Shown here piece after piece: positions 45,868 through 56,900 of a stretch of 64,000 bases of DNA. The stretch spans positions 1,999 to 65,998 of the forward strand of contig CACZRR010000025.1 of NCBI GenBank assembly GCA_902783595.1, given 5' to 3'. The stretch is from an uncultured Bacteroidota bacterium (GTDB lineage Bacteria > Bacteroidota > Bacteroidia > Bacteroidales > P3). Both the position numbers and the translations under genes were made by a program. Under the pieces are notes generated by a model, which saw only the letters and a list, made by a program, of their open reading frames with translations, was not told where the DNA came from and did no database searches. Numbering within the stretch: position 1 is the first letter of the stretch; each line of letters opens with the position of its first letter.

Positions 45868-47525
45868 AACTTCATCAGTTCACGTGCTGTCTGAAGGGCG
45901 GCAGGCGTGGGCGGGTCACTGCTGAGCATCACGGCAATCTCCGTCACACGCTCGTCAGTGCAGAGCTCGCGCAGACGGCTCACTGTACTGTCATCCTCAA
46001 CCTCCTTGTATACCTTTAGGTGTTGGTTGGCCCGTGCCGCTATCTGGGGGAGGTGGGTGATGGCAACCACCTGCATCGTCGCTGCCATGTGGCACATCGT
46101 ATCGGCCACCGAAACACTAATATCGCCGCTAACGCCGGTGTCTATCTCGTCAAAGATAACGGTAGGTATCAGACGGCGACTGTTTACCATGCTCTTCACA
46201 GCCAACATTAGGCGCGACATCTCGCCACCCGACGCCACACGCGCCATATCGCTCATCTCACCGCCGCGGTTGGCGGTGAAGAGGAAGGATGCGTTATCAT
46301 GTCCTTCGGGAGTATAAGATGCTGCAGGGGTAATCGCCACCCGAAAACGAGCCTCGGGCATGCCGAGAGCATGAAGTGTGGGCAGTATACCCTCAGAGAG
46401 GGTGGCGGCAGCTTGTTGGCGCGCCTCGGTGAGCGTAGCGGCTTCGCTTTGCATGGTGGTGTAGGCCTTGTCAACCTCCTCCATGAGTGCCTGAATGCGC
46501 TCCCCTTGTGTGGCGATACCTTGCAGACGTCGGTCTAGGTCATCGCGCAGTGCGATGAGAGCCTCTTCGTCATCCACCCCATGCTTCTTCTCGAGGCGAT
46601 ATAGAAGTGCAAGCCGCTCGTCTACCTCCTGCTGCCTGGCAGGGTCATAGCTCACTTGGGAAGATTGATGCTGCAACTCACTGTTGATGTCATCAAGCTC
46701 GATAAGTGAGGAGTTGAGACGCTGCAGCAATGCGTCTGCCACCGGCAAAAAAGAGGCAATATGCATCAATGCATTCTTGGCATCACGCAAACGTACCAAC
46801 ACAGACTGGTTCTCATCACCGTCCAAAAGGGCGGCGGCCTCATAGAGTCCTTCTCTTATGGATTCAGCATGTTCCAGCAACTGCTGTTCCTGTTCCAAGG
46901 CCGATTGTTCATCAGTCACAAGGTGCGCCTCCGCCAGTTCATCGTACTGAAACAGCAGATAATCCTGCTCTCGTCTCGACTCAGCCTCCTCGGCGGTGAG
47001 GCGCTCCAACTCATGCTTAAGAGTGGAATAATGTTCGTACGCCTCGCGGTAGCGAGCGGAGATTGTGGCGTCGCTGAGACTGTCGAGCAATCCCAGACGG
47101 AACAAGGCATCGGCCAACTGCGTATTCTGGTTCTGTGAATGGATATCCACCAACCTCGACGCCATGTCGGCGAGGAAACGTAGAGGTACAGGACTATCGT
47201 TAGCGAAAGCACGGCTTCGTCCTGTAGGTAGTATCTCGCGGCGCAAAATGAGCAGACCGTCTTCGTTAATGTCGATGTCACTATCAGCAAGCTGCGGTGC
47301 CAAGGCTAGTTCACGGATGTCGAACACAGCCTCCACGACACATTTCCGGTTTTTATCGGCCAGCACCGCGCAGTCGGCACGACCGCCCAACAGGAGGGTC
47401 AAGGCCCCTAAGAGTATGCTCTTGCCAGCGCCCGTCTCGCCAGTGATAGCCACGAAGCCGCCCGCAAAATGAATGTCGCTCTCGCGTATCAGGGCGTAGT
47501 TTTCTATATGTAGGGAGGTGAGCAT
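45864..47525 (-). CDS. recN: DNA repair protein RecN
   Basis: 553 aa. N-terminal Walker A (ITGETGAGKSIL), long coiled coil and C-terminal SGGE/FDEID. Confidence 0.93.
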   Translation of the reverse strand: MLTSLHIENYALIRESDIHFAGGFVAITGETGAGKSILLGALTLLLGGRADCAVLADKNRKCVVEAVFDIRELALAPQLADSDIDINEDGLLILRREILPTGRSRAFANDSPVPLRFLADMASRLVDIHSQNQNTQLADALFRLGLLDSLSDATISARYREAYEHYSTLKHELERLTAEEAESRREQDYLLFQYDELAEAHLVTDEQSALEQEQQLLEHAESIREGLYEAAALLDGDENQSVLVRLRDAKNALMHIASFLPVADALLQRLNSSLIELDDINSELQHQSSQVSYDPARQQEVDERLALLYRLEKKHGVDDEEALIALRDDLDRRLQGIATQGERIQALMEEVDKAYTTMQSEAATLTEARQQAAATLSEGILPTLHALGMPEARFRVAITPAASYTPEGHDNASFLFTANRGGEMSDMARVASGGEMSRLMLAVKSMVNSRRLIPTVIFDEIDTGVSGDISVSVADTMCHMAATMQVVAITHLPQIAARANQHLKVYKEVEDDSTVSRLRELCTDERVTEIAVMLSSDPPTPAALQTARELMKL

Positions 47526-47572
47526 TATTATTTCTTTTTGCTATTCCTGCTATTTTTTCCGTTACAGAAAAC

Positions 47573-48775
47573 CTATGATAAGAGGGGCAATATTTTCTTT
47601 ATGGCGGCGATGAAAGCGTCAATCTCCTCGCGCGTGTTGTAGACCGCGAAAGAAGCACGCACGGTACCGGGGATACCGTAGCGGTCCATGACAGGCTGCG
47701 TGCAGTGGTGACCGGTACGCACGGCGACACCAAGCTGGTCTAGCAAAGTGCCCACATCATAGGGATGACTCTCGCCTAGGAGGAATGAAAGCACCGCAGC
47801 CTTGTGTGATGCCGTACCATAGAGGCGCACACCAGGGATGTCCCGCATCTTGTCGGTAGCATAGGACAGAAGATCCGCTTCGTGGGCCGAAATATTTTCC
47901 AGTCCCACTCCTTCCATGAATTCAATAGCCTTACCTAAACCCACCACATCTCCCACCGACGGAGTGCCAGCCTCAAACTTGTACGGCAACACATTGTACG
48001 TGGTGCGCTCAAAAGTGACGTTCTCTATCATCTCTCCCCCCCCTTGATAGGGTGGCATACGGTCGAGCCACTCACGACGGCCATACATAACACCAACTCC
48101 CATAGGACCATACATCTTGTGACCCGAGAAGCAATAGAAATCTGCGCCCAGCTGCTGCACATCAACAGCGGTGTGTGCTACTGCCTGCGCTCCATCCACC
48201 AACACCGGCACACCATGACTGTGTGCTATGGCCGTCATTTCGGCAATGGGATTGATGGTGCCCAAAGTATTGGAGACGTGACATAGTGCCACAAGGCGCG
48301 TCCGCGCGGTGAACAGGCGTTCATAGGCATCCAAATCAAGCTCCCCCGCATCACTGAACGGCACGGCACACAGTCGCGCACCCACAAGTTGCCAGGGGAC
48401 AATGTTGCTGTGATGCTCCATACCGCTGACAATCACCTCATCATCACCCTTAAAAAAGGCCTTGGCAAACGAGGCTGCCACAAGGTTAACAGCCTCTGTG
48501 GTACCCCGTGTAAACACCACCTCCTCGGCTTCTGCAGCCCCAATAAAGCGCTGCACATGTCGTCGCACGTCCTCATAGCGGGCAGTAGCCTCGGCGGCGA
48601 GATGGTAGGTGCCACGATGTATGTTGGCGTTGAGGGTCCGGTAATAGTCGTCAAGGGACTCTATTACCGACAACGGTTTCTGCGTGGTGGCGGCATTGTC
48701 GAGATAGACAAGCTGACGACCACGCTCCTTCTCGCCGAGAAGGGGAAAGAGGGTTCGTATATTGCTATTGTTCAT
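47573..48775 (-). CDS. sufS: Cysteine desulfurase, SufS-like (class V aminotransferase)
   Basis: 400 aa. YLDNAATTQKP, FSGHKMYGP (PLP lysine) and RTGHHC (active-site Cys). Confidence 0.88.
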   Translation of the reverse strand: MNNSNIRTLFPLLGEKERGRQLVYLDNAATTQKPLSVIESLDDYYRTLNANIHRGTYHLAAEATARYEDVRRHVQRFIGAAEAEEVVFTRGTTEAVNLVAASFAKAFFKGDDEVIVSGMEHHSNIVPWQLVGARLCAVPFSDAGELDLDAYERLFTARTRLVALCHVSNTLGTINPIAEMTAIAHSHGVPVLVDGAQAVAHTAVDVQQLGADFYCFSGHKMYGPMGVGVMYGRREWLDRMPPYQGGGEMIENVTFERTTYNVLPYKFEAGTPSVGDVVGLGKAIEFMEGVGLENISAHEADLLSYATDKMRDIPGVRLYGTASHKAAVLSFLLGESHPYDVGTLLDQLGVAVRTGHHCTQPVMDRYGIPGTVRASFAVYNTREEIDAFIAAIKKILPLLS

Positions 48776-49509
48776 TGCTTACGCTTTTTCACATAATGTC
48801 GTACCACTACAACCACCACAGCCACCACTACGATGCCCATGATGATGTAACTCAGCAGATCGCTATATTGTTTGATCATACTCGGGTTTGCCACCTTGAA
48901 AGCCAGCCAACCCATACCCGCAAGTACCATATTCCAGATGGCGGCGCCAAGGGTGGTATAGAGAGTGAAGAGGCCAAGGTTCATCTTGCTCAACCCAGCA
49001 GGAATGGAGATGAGCTGACGGATGACAGGGATGAGCCGTCCTACGAGGGTGGACATGACACCATGGTCGTTGAAATAGCGCTCGGCGCGCTCCATCTTCT
49101 CTCCAGAGAGGCCTAACATATGCCCCCAACGGCTATCGACAAAAGCATAGATAATGGGACGCCCCAACCACAATGACAGAAAGTAGTTGATATACGCACC
49201 AATAAGAGCACCCAATGTTCCTATCACCACAATAAGCCACCACGTCATGCCGCTACGACTCGTCTCGTCGAACGACACATAAACGGCGGGAGGAATAACC
49301 AACTCCGACGGAAACGGAATAAACGAACTCTCCACAGCCATAAGCACTCCCACAGCAGGATAGCCCATGTGCTGATCATACTGCTGCAAAGCCCAGGCCA
49401 CAACACCAGTTTGGTTACTGTCAACACTTTCGGCCAAACCTTGTCCCCGACAGGGTAGCACGACAGAAAATATCACAAGGAGCGTCAAAAAAAATAGGGT
49501 TTTTCTCAT
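48772..49509 (-). CDS. DedA-family membrane protein
   Basis: 245 aa. DedA core (ESSFIPFPSE, GRLIPVIRQLISIPAG). Confidence 0.8.
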   Translation of the reverse strand: MRKTLFFLTLLVIFSVVLPCRGQGLAESVDSNQTGVVAWALQQYDQHMGYPAVGVLMAVESSFIPFPSELVIPPAVYVSFDETSRSGMTWWLIVVIGTLGALIGAYINYFLSLWLGRPIIYAFVDSRWGHMLGLSGEKMERAERYFNDHGVMSTLVGRLIPVIRQLISIPAGLSKMNLGLFTLYTTLGAAIWNMVLAGMGWLAFKVANPSMIKQYSDLLSYIIMGIVVVAVVVVVVRHYVKKRKQ

Positions 49510-50948
49510 ATCGTTGTCTTATTATTGTTATCATTGTCACTATCGCCAACAGAAGGCACCAAGGGACCGAGAAGCGGATGAGTCATAATTTCCGGGCAGA
49601 TATCCGCCAACAAGGCAGCCGATACATCGGGCAGCAGCTTGCGCACCCTGTTGTAGCGGTTGGTGTAGAAATAGGCAGCTGCAAGATAGGTGCTGTAGAA
49701 GGGGTCGTGGGGTAGATCAAGCAGAGAATCGCTGCCGAAGAGATCAATCATATCATAGTTGTGGTGTTTGTAGAGGAACTGCACGTACAGCTGGTACTGT
49801 TGCTCCGTCGCGGTGCCGGTGGCTATCATGCCATCAAAACAGTCGCACGCCATCTGATAGTTGCCAACGGCGTCATAGACCATGGCCGCCGAGCAATAGA
49901 CATCTGCACTACCCCCTGCAGGGTCAGCATGGCTGGCAGCCTCGATATTCATGGCTTTTTGGACATACGTCAAAGCCTGCGACTGGTCGCCAAGATGCAG
50001 ATGACACATTGCCAATGAGGCCAGCACATCGGCATTGAGAGGATTCTCATCAAGGGCCTTTTTGAAATAGGCCATTGCAGTGGCAAAGTTGCCATCACGG
50101 GCATAGAGGGCTCCGATAGTACGGTAGATATGGTCTCTCTGGTCGCTGTATTCGAGGGCACGCACCATGGTCGTCACCGCCTCGCCAAGGTTGCCCTGCA
50201 GATCGTAGGTCTGCGACAACATAATGTAGGCATCGATGAAGAATTTGTCTATAGCGATGGCATACTCATAAGCATCGACAGCTCGCTCATAAAGTGTCAT
50301 GTCGCGATAGCCATTACCTAAACAGAACCACGCCTCTTTGTTGTATGGATCAGCCTCCACCAACCGCTGCATCTCACTGATGGCTTCAGATACGAAACCC
50401 TGCTCATAACAGGTCTCACAGAAGTTATACACCGTCGAGTCGTCGAACGAGTCGGTCTGCAACGCCTTACGGTAGTAACGCAGTGCCTTGGCGTAGTCTT
50501 TCATCTTGTAGTATTCCTCAGCCATATTGGTATACACCTTCCCAAGCATCCACCCGTCGTGAGCGGCCTCCTGGAAGCACTCTATCGATTTTTCGGGCTT
50601 ATCCATGGCGCTGTAGGCAACACCAAGTGAGTAGGCAATATCTGTGTTGTCGGGCTCCTTCTCTCGCAATAAAAGCAGACGTTTCAGCGCGGGAGCAAAC
50701 TGACGGTTGGAGATCATCAAGTGAGCCCGACGCAAACGAATGGGGGTATTGTTTGGATACAAGTATTCGGCGTACTCGACAGCACGCACCAAAGGCTTGG
50801 TGTCATTGACCTCGAAGTAGTAGTCGATGATCATCTCGAGCTCGTCGACATCAAAGAACTGGTCCTTCCCTTGGAGCACGGTGCTCTCAAACTCGATGAC
50901 AAGGTTTCGCAGTTCATCGTCGTAGTCGTGGAAGCGATCTTTCTTCAT
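49506..50948 (-). CDS. Tetratricopeptide-repeat protein
   Basis: 480 aa. Multiple TPR-like A..Y..AL motifs. Confidence 0.8.
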   Translation of the reverse strand: MKKDRFHDYDDELRNLVIEFESTVLQGKDQFFDVDELEMIIDYYFEVNDTKPLVRAVEYAEYLYPNNTPIRLRRAHLMISNRQFAPALKRLLLLREKEPDNTDIAYSLGVAYSAMDKPEKSIECFQEAAHDGWMLGKVYTNMAEEYYKMKDYAKALRYYRKALQTDSFDDSTVYNFCETCYEQGFVSEAISEMQRLVEADPYNKEAWFCLGNGYRDMTLYERAVDAYEYAIAIDKFFIDAYIMLSQTYDLQGNLGEAVTTMVRALEYSDQRDHIYRTIGALYARDGNFATAMAYFKKALDENPLNADVLASLAMCHLHLGDQSQALTYVQKAMNIEAASHADPAGGSADVYCSAAMVYDAVGNYQMACDCFDGMIATGTATEQQYQLYVQFLYKHHNYDMIDLFGSDSLLDLPHDPFYSTYLAAAYFYTNRYNRVRKLLPDVSAALLADICPEIMTHPLLGPLVPSVGDSDNDNNNKTTI

Positions 50949-50955
50949 TTGAGAA

Positions 50956-50980
50956 TTTAGATTATTTAGAGGTTTTAGAA
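50956..50980 (-). repeat. Three 9-nt units (minus strand TTCTAAAAC CTCTAAATA ATCTAAATT) in the sprA-to-TPR spacer
   Basis: TTTAG on the + strand at 50956, 50965 and 50974, exactly 9 nt apart. The first unit includes the sprA stop codon. Confidence 0.7.
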
Positions 50981-53900
50981 GGAGAAGCGTATAGTCAAAC
51001 CTCCTTTGGTGGTGGAGTTGGGGTAGGAGTTGGAGATGTAGGGTGTGTTGATGTTGGTCTGGAAGAAGGCACGTGCCGTGAGCGACGAGGTGAGGGCGTA
51101 CTCAGCACTCAACTCGGCCATCCACACCTTGCTGCCCGAGGAGATCTGACTGATGTTCTGGTTTATCTTGCGTATGTTGGTTTTGTTGCTGTTGTAGGTG
51201 ATATTGAGCTGCAGGACGATATCGCTCTTGAGGTCGTGGGTGCGGTCGGCGAACTTCACCTTGAAGGCGACGTCCTTGAAGCGGTAGCCGGCGCCAACGG
51301 TGAAACCGTCGCGGGTGGTCTCCGTGAGTTGGTTGTTGGAGAAGGAGAGCATCAGCGTGCGATTTTTCTGCAACGAAAAATTGAACTGCACATTGTTCAC
51401 CATGGCTACCGCCACCTTGAGGAGCGGGTTGAACTGCTCCGTGATCTGCACACCTTCCATGGTAACGGGGGGGATATAGTCACCGCTGTTGTTGAGCAAT
51501 GTCTCGGCGCCATAATCGTAGTCGTCGTTGCCTGACAAGGCTGCGTCGGTGTAGTAGTTGCCAACGGTGTAGGTCGAAGCATAGCGGTGTGACAGAGTGA
51601 TATTGGTGAACCACTGCTTGAGGAACTGGATCTTGTTCAAGCCCGTATAATTGATGTTCCAGTTGGGGAGGGGAAACCTGAGGAACGGCGAGAAACCCTG
51701 CGTGGCTGCACTACCTCCCGTATAGGTAGCGAGGAAAGAAGTGAGCAAGACGGTCTGCGAGTTGGGACTATATCCTGCCGGAAAATACTGTCCAGACATA
51801 CTGTCGAGCACCATCTGGTCGGTGTAGGTGTCGGGGTTGGCAGCGGCCAGGCGCTGTGCCACAATGGCGCGATTGGAAAGGAATGTCTCGAAAAGCGCGT
51901 CAGCATCGGAGAAGGCGGTAGCGAAGGTCCAAGTGGTGGTGCTATAGGTGCCTGTCATCGTGGGCAACAGGGGCCCCTGCACACTGCCGTAGTCGGCGAG
52001 GTACTTGTAGTAGTACTGCTCTCGCGACGACTGCGACTGCTGCGCGTTGAGCGTAATCTTCATATCACGTATGGGCTCTACATTGGCCTGCAGCGTCAGG
52101 CTTTTGTTCGCCGTCATCTCGTGGGGCGTATTGAACAGCGAGTCGGCAGAGAGCAGGTCTCGACGTAGCAGATCTTCGGCGACATCCATGTCGTAGCCCA
52201 GAATATACCCCACTCCAGGCGTCCAGCCAGCCTGTGGATCGAGCCCGACAAACTGGGGTACGCCCATATAACCCGGCAGCCGCGAGCCCCAGCTGTTGTT
52301 GTACTGCACGGTGAGATCCTTCCACGCAGTGAGCAGACGCAATCCGGCATACCCCAAGCCTTTCAACATCTCTTTCCGTTGCTCACGGCGTAGGCTGTCG
52401 GCAACAGCCACAGAGTCTTTGGCACTCATCTTGTCTTGCCCACGCAGCCGCCGCTGAGGCTGCTGGCGCGCAGGCGTTTTGGCAGCATTGGCAGCCTTCA
52501 GAAGCTTCGACTTGTTATAGAGGTTCAGAAAGTTGGCAGAACCCGTGGCAGTGAAGGTGGTAGCACCCTGCAACGTGCCGCCCATCGACTGCAGAGCCTG
52601 CGATGCACCTTGGAAGTTATACGTCGTGCGATAGCTCAGTGGCACGCGTACGAAATCCAGATAGGGCAGCTTGTTGATAGGCAGGTCATAAGTAACATTG
52701 ATCTGTTGCTGGAAGTTCTGAAGCGTGCCTCCCGAGGCGATGGATCGCCAAATGGAATCGACGGCAGACTGGCTGCTAATGGCCCCCATAGGCTCTTCGA
52801 TACGCGCACTGGCATTGGCGGAATACTGTATGTGCAGCGTCTTCATCAGGTCGTACTGCAACCCGTAGGTACGCTGCCAAGTGAACTGCTTGAAGTAGGT
52901 GGGCTTGATGATGACCAGTGCGGCACTCTTGTTGCGCAACAAGGTCTCCTCAAAGTCTCGATAGATTTCAGTAGAGAAGTTCAGGTTCTTAGGCATGTAA
53001 TAGAAGTTGAACTCCTTGAGCAGCTTCCACGCCTTACCCTGGAAGAGTTTCACCTTGCTGAACGGCGTCACAGGCTCCGCCTTGGGCGAATAGTTGTAAG
53101 TGAAGCCCCCACGGTGTTGGTCTTTATTGTAGTGCTCTATCTCCTCGTCACTGTTGCGCTCGCGGCTGTAGGCGTAAGTGAACGAGAAATTCTCTATGTC
53201 ATAGAAATGTGGTGTCAGTGCAGCCTCGCCTACCCGCTCCTTACGCACATTGGCGAGGGTGAGGTTGGTGGCACTCTTGCGCCGTTGGGTCATTCGGCGC
53301 ACACTGTCTCGCTCTGCGCTGGTGCGGTAGGTGTCTATATCTTCGCTGAGTAGCACATCTGGGTTGTAAGGATTGTATTCCGGACTGCCGATTTCGCGAC
53401 TGTGATCTATGTAGAAAGGTATGTGAAGTCCCCATTCCTCTGGCAAAAACTTGCCCAACTCTAGATCCAGGGTGGTCTGGAAGTTGAAGGTGTTCATGTA
53501 CTCTTCCTTGATGAGCGGGTCTTCGAGGTTGCCGAAATGGGCTGTTGTGTAGCTGCCATAAAGCGACAGGTTGCCAAGGTCAGCAAGGTTGGTACGCGCC
53601 ATCAACATGGCCGCCCAGCCTCCCTTGTTGGTGTAGTCGCTCAGACGCATCTCATTAAGCCACACAATAGCCGACTTGGGCATCATGTTGTTGCCGTCGT
53701 CGAGGCTCTGCTTGCGAGGGTTGCGGACACCAACCATGATGACCTTCACCTTGCCAAGGTTGGGGGTGCCCAGCACGGTGTACTTCTTGTCGCCCACCAT
53801 CTCGCTATACAGCAATGTCGGCGAGTAGCCCGTTTCACATCCGCGAATACGGCGGTTGCGGTTGGTCTTGATGTCGGGAAGCTTCTGCAGGTCGATATCC

Positions 53901-56900
53901 ACATTGTTCGCCCGCGGCCAGATGCCGTAATCGTCGTCGGTGGGCGTATACCACGGGGTGAGCTTCAGCGGCACCTCGTATTCGTAGTAGTTGTTGGTAT
54001 AGTCGCTACCCAGTCGCACGAAGAGCACCAGGTCATCGTCGTCCAGCATGTCGGTGGCATACTTCTTCTCGGCGTGGACGAACATCTTCAGGTGTCCGTA
54101 TTGGCGAAGGTCGTAGCTCGTGGAACGGTAGATAGCTCGTGCATCGCCACTGGCGAGGGCGTCGATGTCGAGTTCTATGCTCTGCTCGTTGAGTTGCGTG
54201 TAGCTGTTGCTGGTCGAGTACCACTCCTCGCGCTCAATGCCGGGAGGTAGCACGTAGGGAACGGGCTGTCGGCTGCCGTTTTCCTCGATATTCACCGTAC
54301 TGATGTTGAAGGAGGTACCCTCGTCACCTCCTCCTGTATAGTCGCCAGGCTCCAGCAGGTCCTCGCTGTACTTGCGCCACGTCGAATAGACCAGGTCGAG
54401 GGTGGCGAAACGCAGGATGATGGGCTCCTCAAAGCCGTTGAGGAACATACGCATGAAGCGTATTGACTGGTACCCGTTGATGTTGCCCACCTTCTGGTCG
54501 GGCTCACGTATGGGAATGCGGAACTGGTACCACTTACAGGTGGTAGTCTCCCCATTGGCAAGTTGCACATTGCGCGCCTCCTGGATGTCAACGATATGGT
54601 TCTCACCAATATTCATGTGCGCAGGGTCCAACTCCACAACATACTGGTAGTAGTTCTCGGCCTCGCTGAGGGTGTTGTCCTTGTTGATGTCCTCGACATT
54701 GGGATAGGCCGAAGCAGAGGTCATATACTCTTCGTCGCTATCCTCATCTACGGGCGAGTTGCCCTCGGCGTTATTGAAGTATTTGTAGCGATCGTTGACT
54801 TTGGTGTTGTTCTGATCCCAATAGGAGGAACGGAAATAGCGGAAGTCGTCGCTCGACGGGTCGGCAGAGGCTTCCTGATAGGCGCGCGAGGAGGTGCCGT
54901 AGCGCGCCGCGATAGCAGCAAGGTAGTCGGCGAAGAAAGTCTGCTCGTCATCGATGCCGTGGGTGGAGCCCAAGCCGTCATACCCTACATCCTGGTACAT
55001 GCGCGACGCAGCATCGTTGTCGAAAGCATTGACGATGGGCTGCGCCGCCGGCACACGACCCCAGATGGTGGTGTCGACACCCGTGACGGCAGCACTCGTG
55101 GGCAGCCCATTCTCAAAACCCTTCCGACCATCGCGCAATATATCCTCACTGATGTCGCCAAGGTTCAGATAGAGGCGTCCGCCGCTATGGTTGGGTCGCT
55201 CTATGAATGGATCCATGAGCCAGAACTCTATGGTCTCAATGTTCTGTGTCTCAAAATCGGTGTAGTCCATCTTGCGCATGATGCCGCCCCAACGGCTGGC
55301 GGGGTTCACCAGGGTGCCGCTGTCGGTGATGCCGGCACTGTAGGCGGTGGGGTCGACGTCGTAGTTGTAGGGACCCTTCTCCTCAGGGTAGTAGGCCAGG
55401 TTGAGCTCATAAATGTAGGTGGGCTGTCCCGCAACACGGTCTTTGTTGGGGAAGACTTCCTGCTCATAGATGCGACGCGCATAGGGCTTTGAGAGGTCTT
55501 CGTTGTTGATGTTGCCAGGACGGTTGGTCTGGAAGTAAAAGTCGTTGCTGATGCGGTACCACGCCAGACGCGCACGATTATATCCATAGGCCAATCCCGT
55601 ACCAGGACTCGTCTCAGGGAACAGGGGCATGGGCATACGCCAGTCCTGCGGCGTGCTGGCAAGGTACCACATGGCGGGGGTGACAAGGCTGATGTTGCTC
55701 TCGGCACCCTCGAAGTCGTCAATATAACTCACACTGCCCTCGCTGCTCCCCGTCGACGACATGCCGGGAATGAAATGGGCAAACTCGGCAGTGAGACTCA
55801 GCTTCGAAGGCTCCTTGGTGTCTATCCCGGGAAGCTTGTCGATGAGCTTGGTGATGAAGGGCACTTCGTGACTGTAGTTCACATCAAGGCCCCAGATGGT
55901 GTTGCTGGTCGGCTCGTCGCCAAAGTTGTTTTTCTGCGTCAATGGCTTCTCATGCAGGTTCATGACCGTGCCTCCAATGTTGAAGTCTTTATCCACCTCA
56001 TAGTTCAGGTGCAACCCCAACATCCTCTTGGTGGTCATGCTGAAGGAGTTATTCTCCGAACTCACACTGATGGGAGTGCCCGAAGCCAAAATGCTCTCGT
56101 TGATGATACGCACCGTACCCATGGTGTAGTCGACAGAGTAGTCAACATTCTCTATCAATGGCACTCCTCCGGCGGTAACGGTGACGCTACCCTGCGTGAC
56201 GCTGTAGCCAAGGGAGATCTCGCCGCTCACGGAACTGGTGTAGTAGCCCTCCAGGTAGAAGCGGTTCCTGTCGGCATACTGCTGCGCCAAACTCTTGGTC
56301 ATGGTGTAGAGCGAGTCAAAGCAGTAGCGGTTAGCATAGTCATCGTCACCCAATATAGCCCGCAAATCGCGACCAAAAGGCTCAACATATGGGAAGAAAA
56401 CACGGCCCGTACTGCTCTGTATGAGTCCCCCCTTATAAGCCGCCGAGTCAAACCAGTCGAACACTCCGTCGGCATAGTAATAGCTCTGCGAAGCATCCAT
56501 GCGGTCCATCCCGAAAAGCTCGATGAGAGGGATACCTTGCTTGGGACCGTCGGTGAAAAAGCCGACGCCAACGCCACCCTCATTGCTCTCGTAAAGCACA
56601 TTGAGACGGAAATTGTCGCGACTGAGCTGGCTACTCTTGAGGAAGTAGACATTCTTCATCATGAGCTTCCACAGAGGACTATGGGTGTCTATGGTGGTAC
56701 TCTTGAGCAGCTTGACGATGAGTGTGCTGGGGTCGTTGACGCCATCCGTCGTCAGCTCACCAACCTGGTACACATTGGTATCGCCCACCACCTGGTATTG
56801 GAAAGCAACGGCGAGCACCTGGTCATTGCTGAGAGGCTGGTTCAAGGTAATGAAGCCCAACTGAGAATTGAAGGTGTACTCGTTGCTGTTGAGCAACCGC

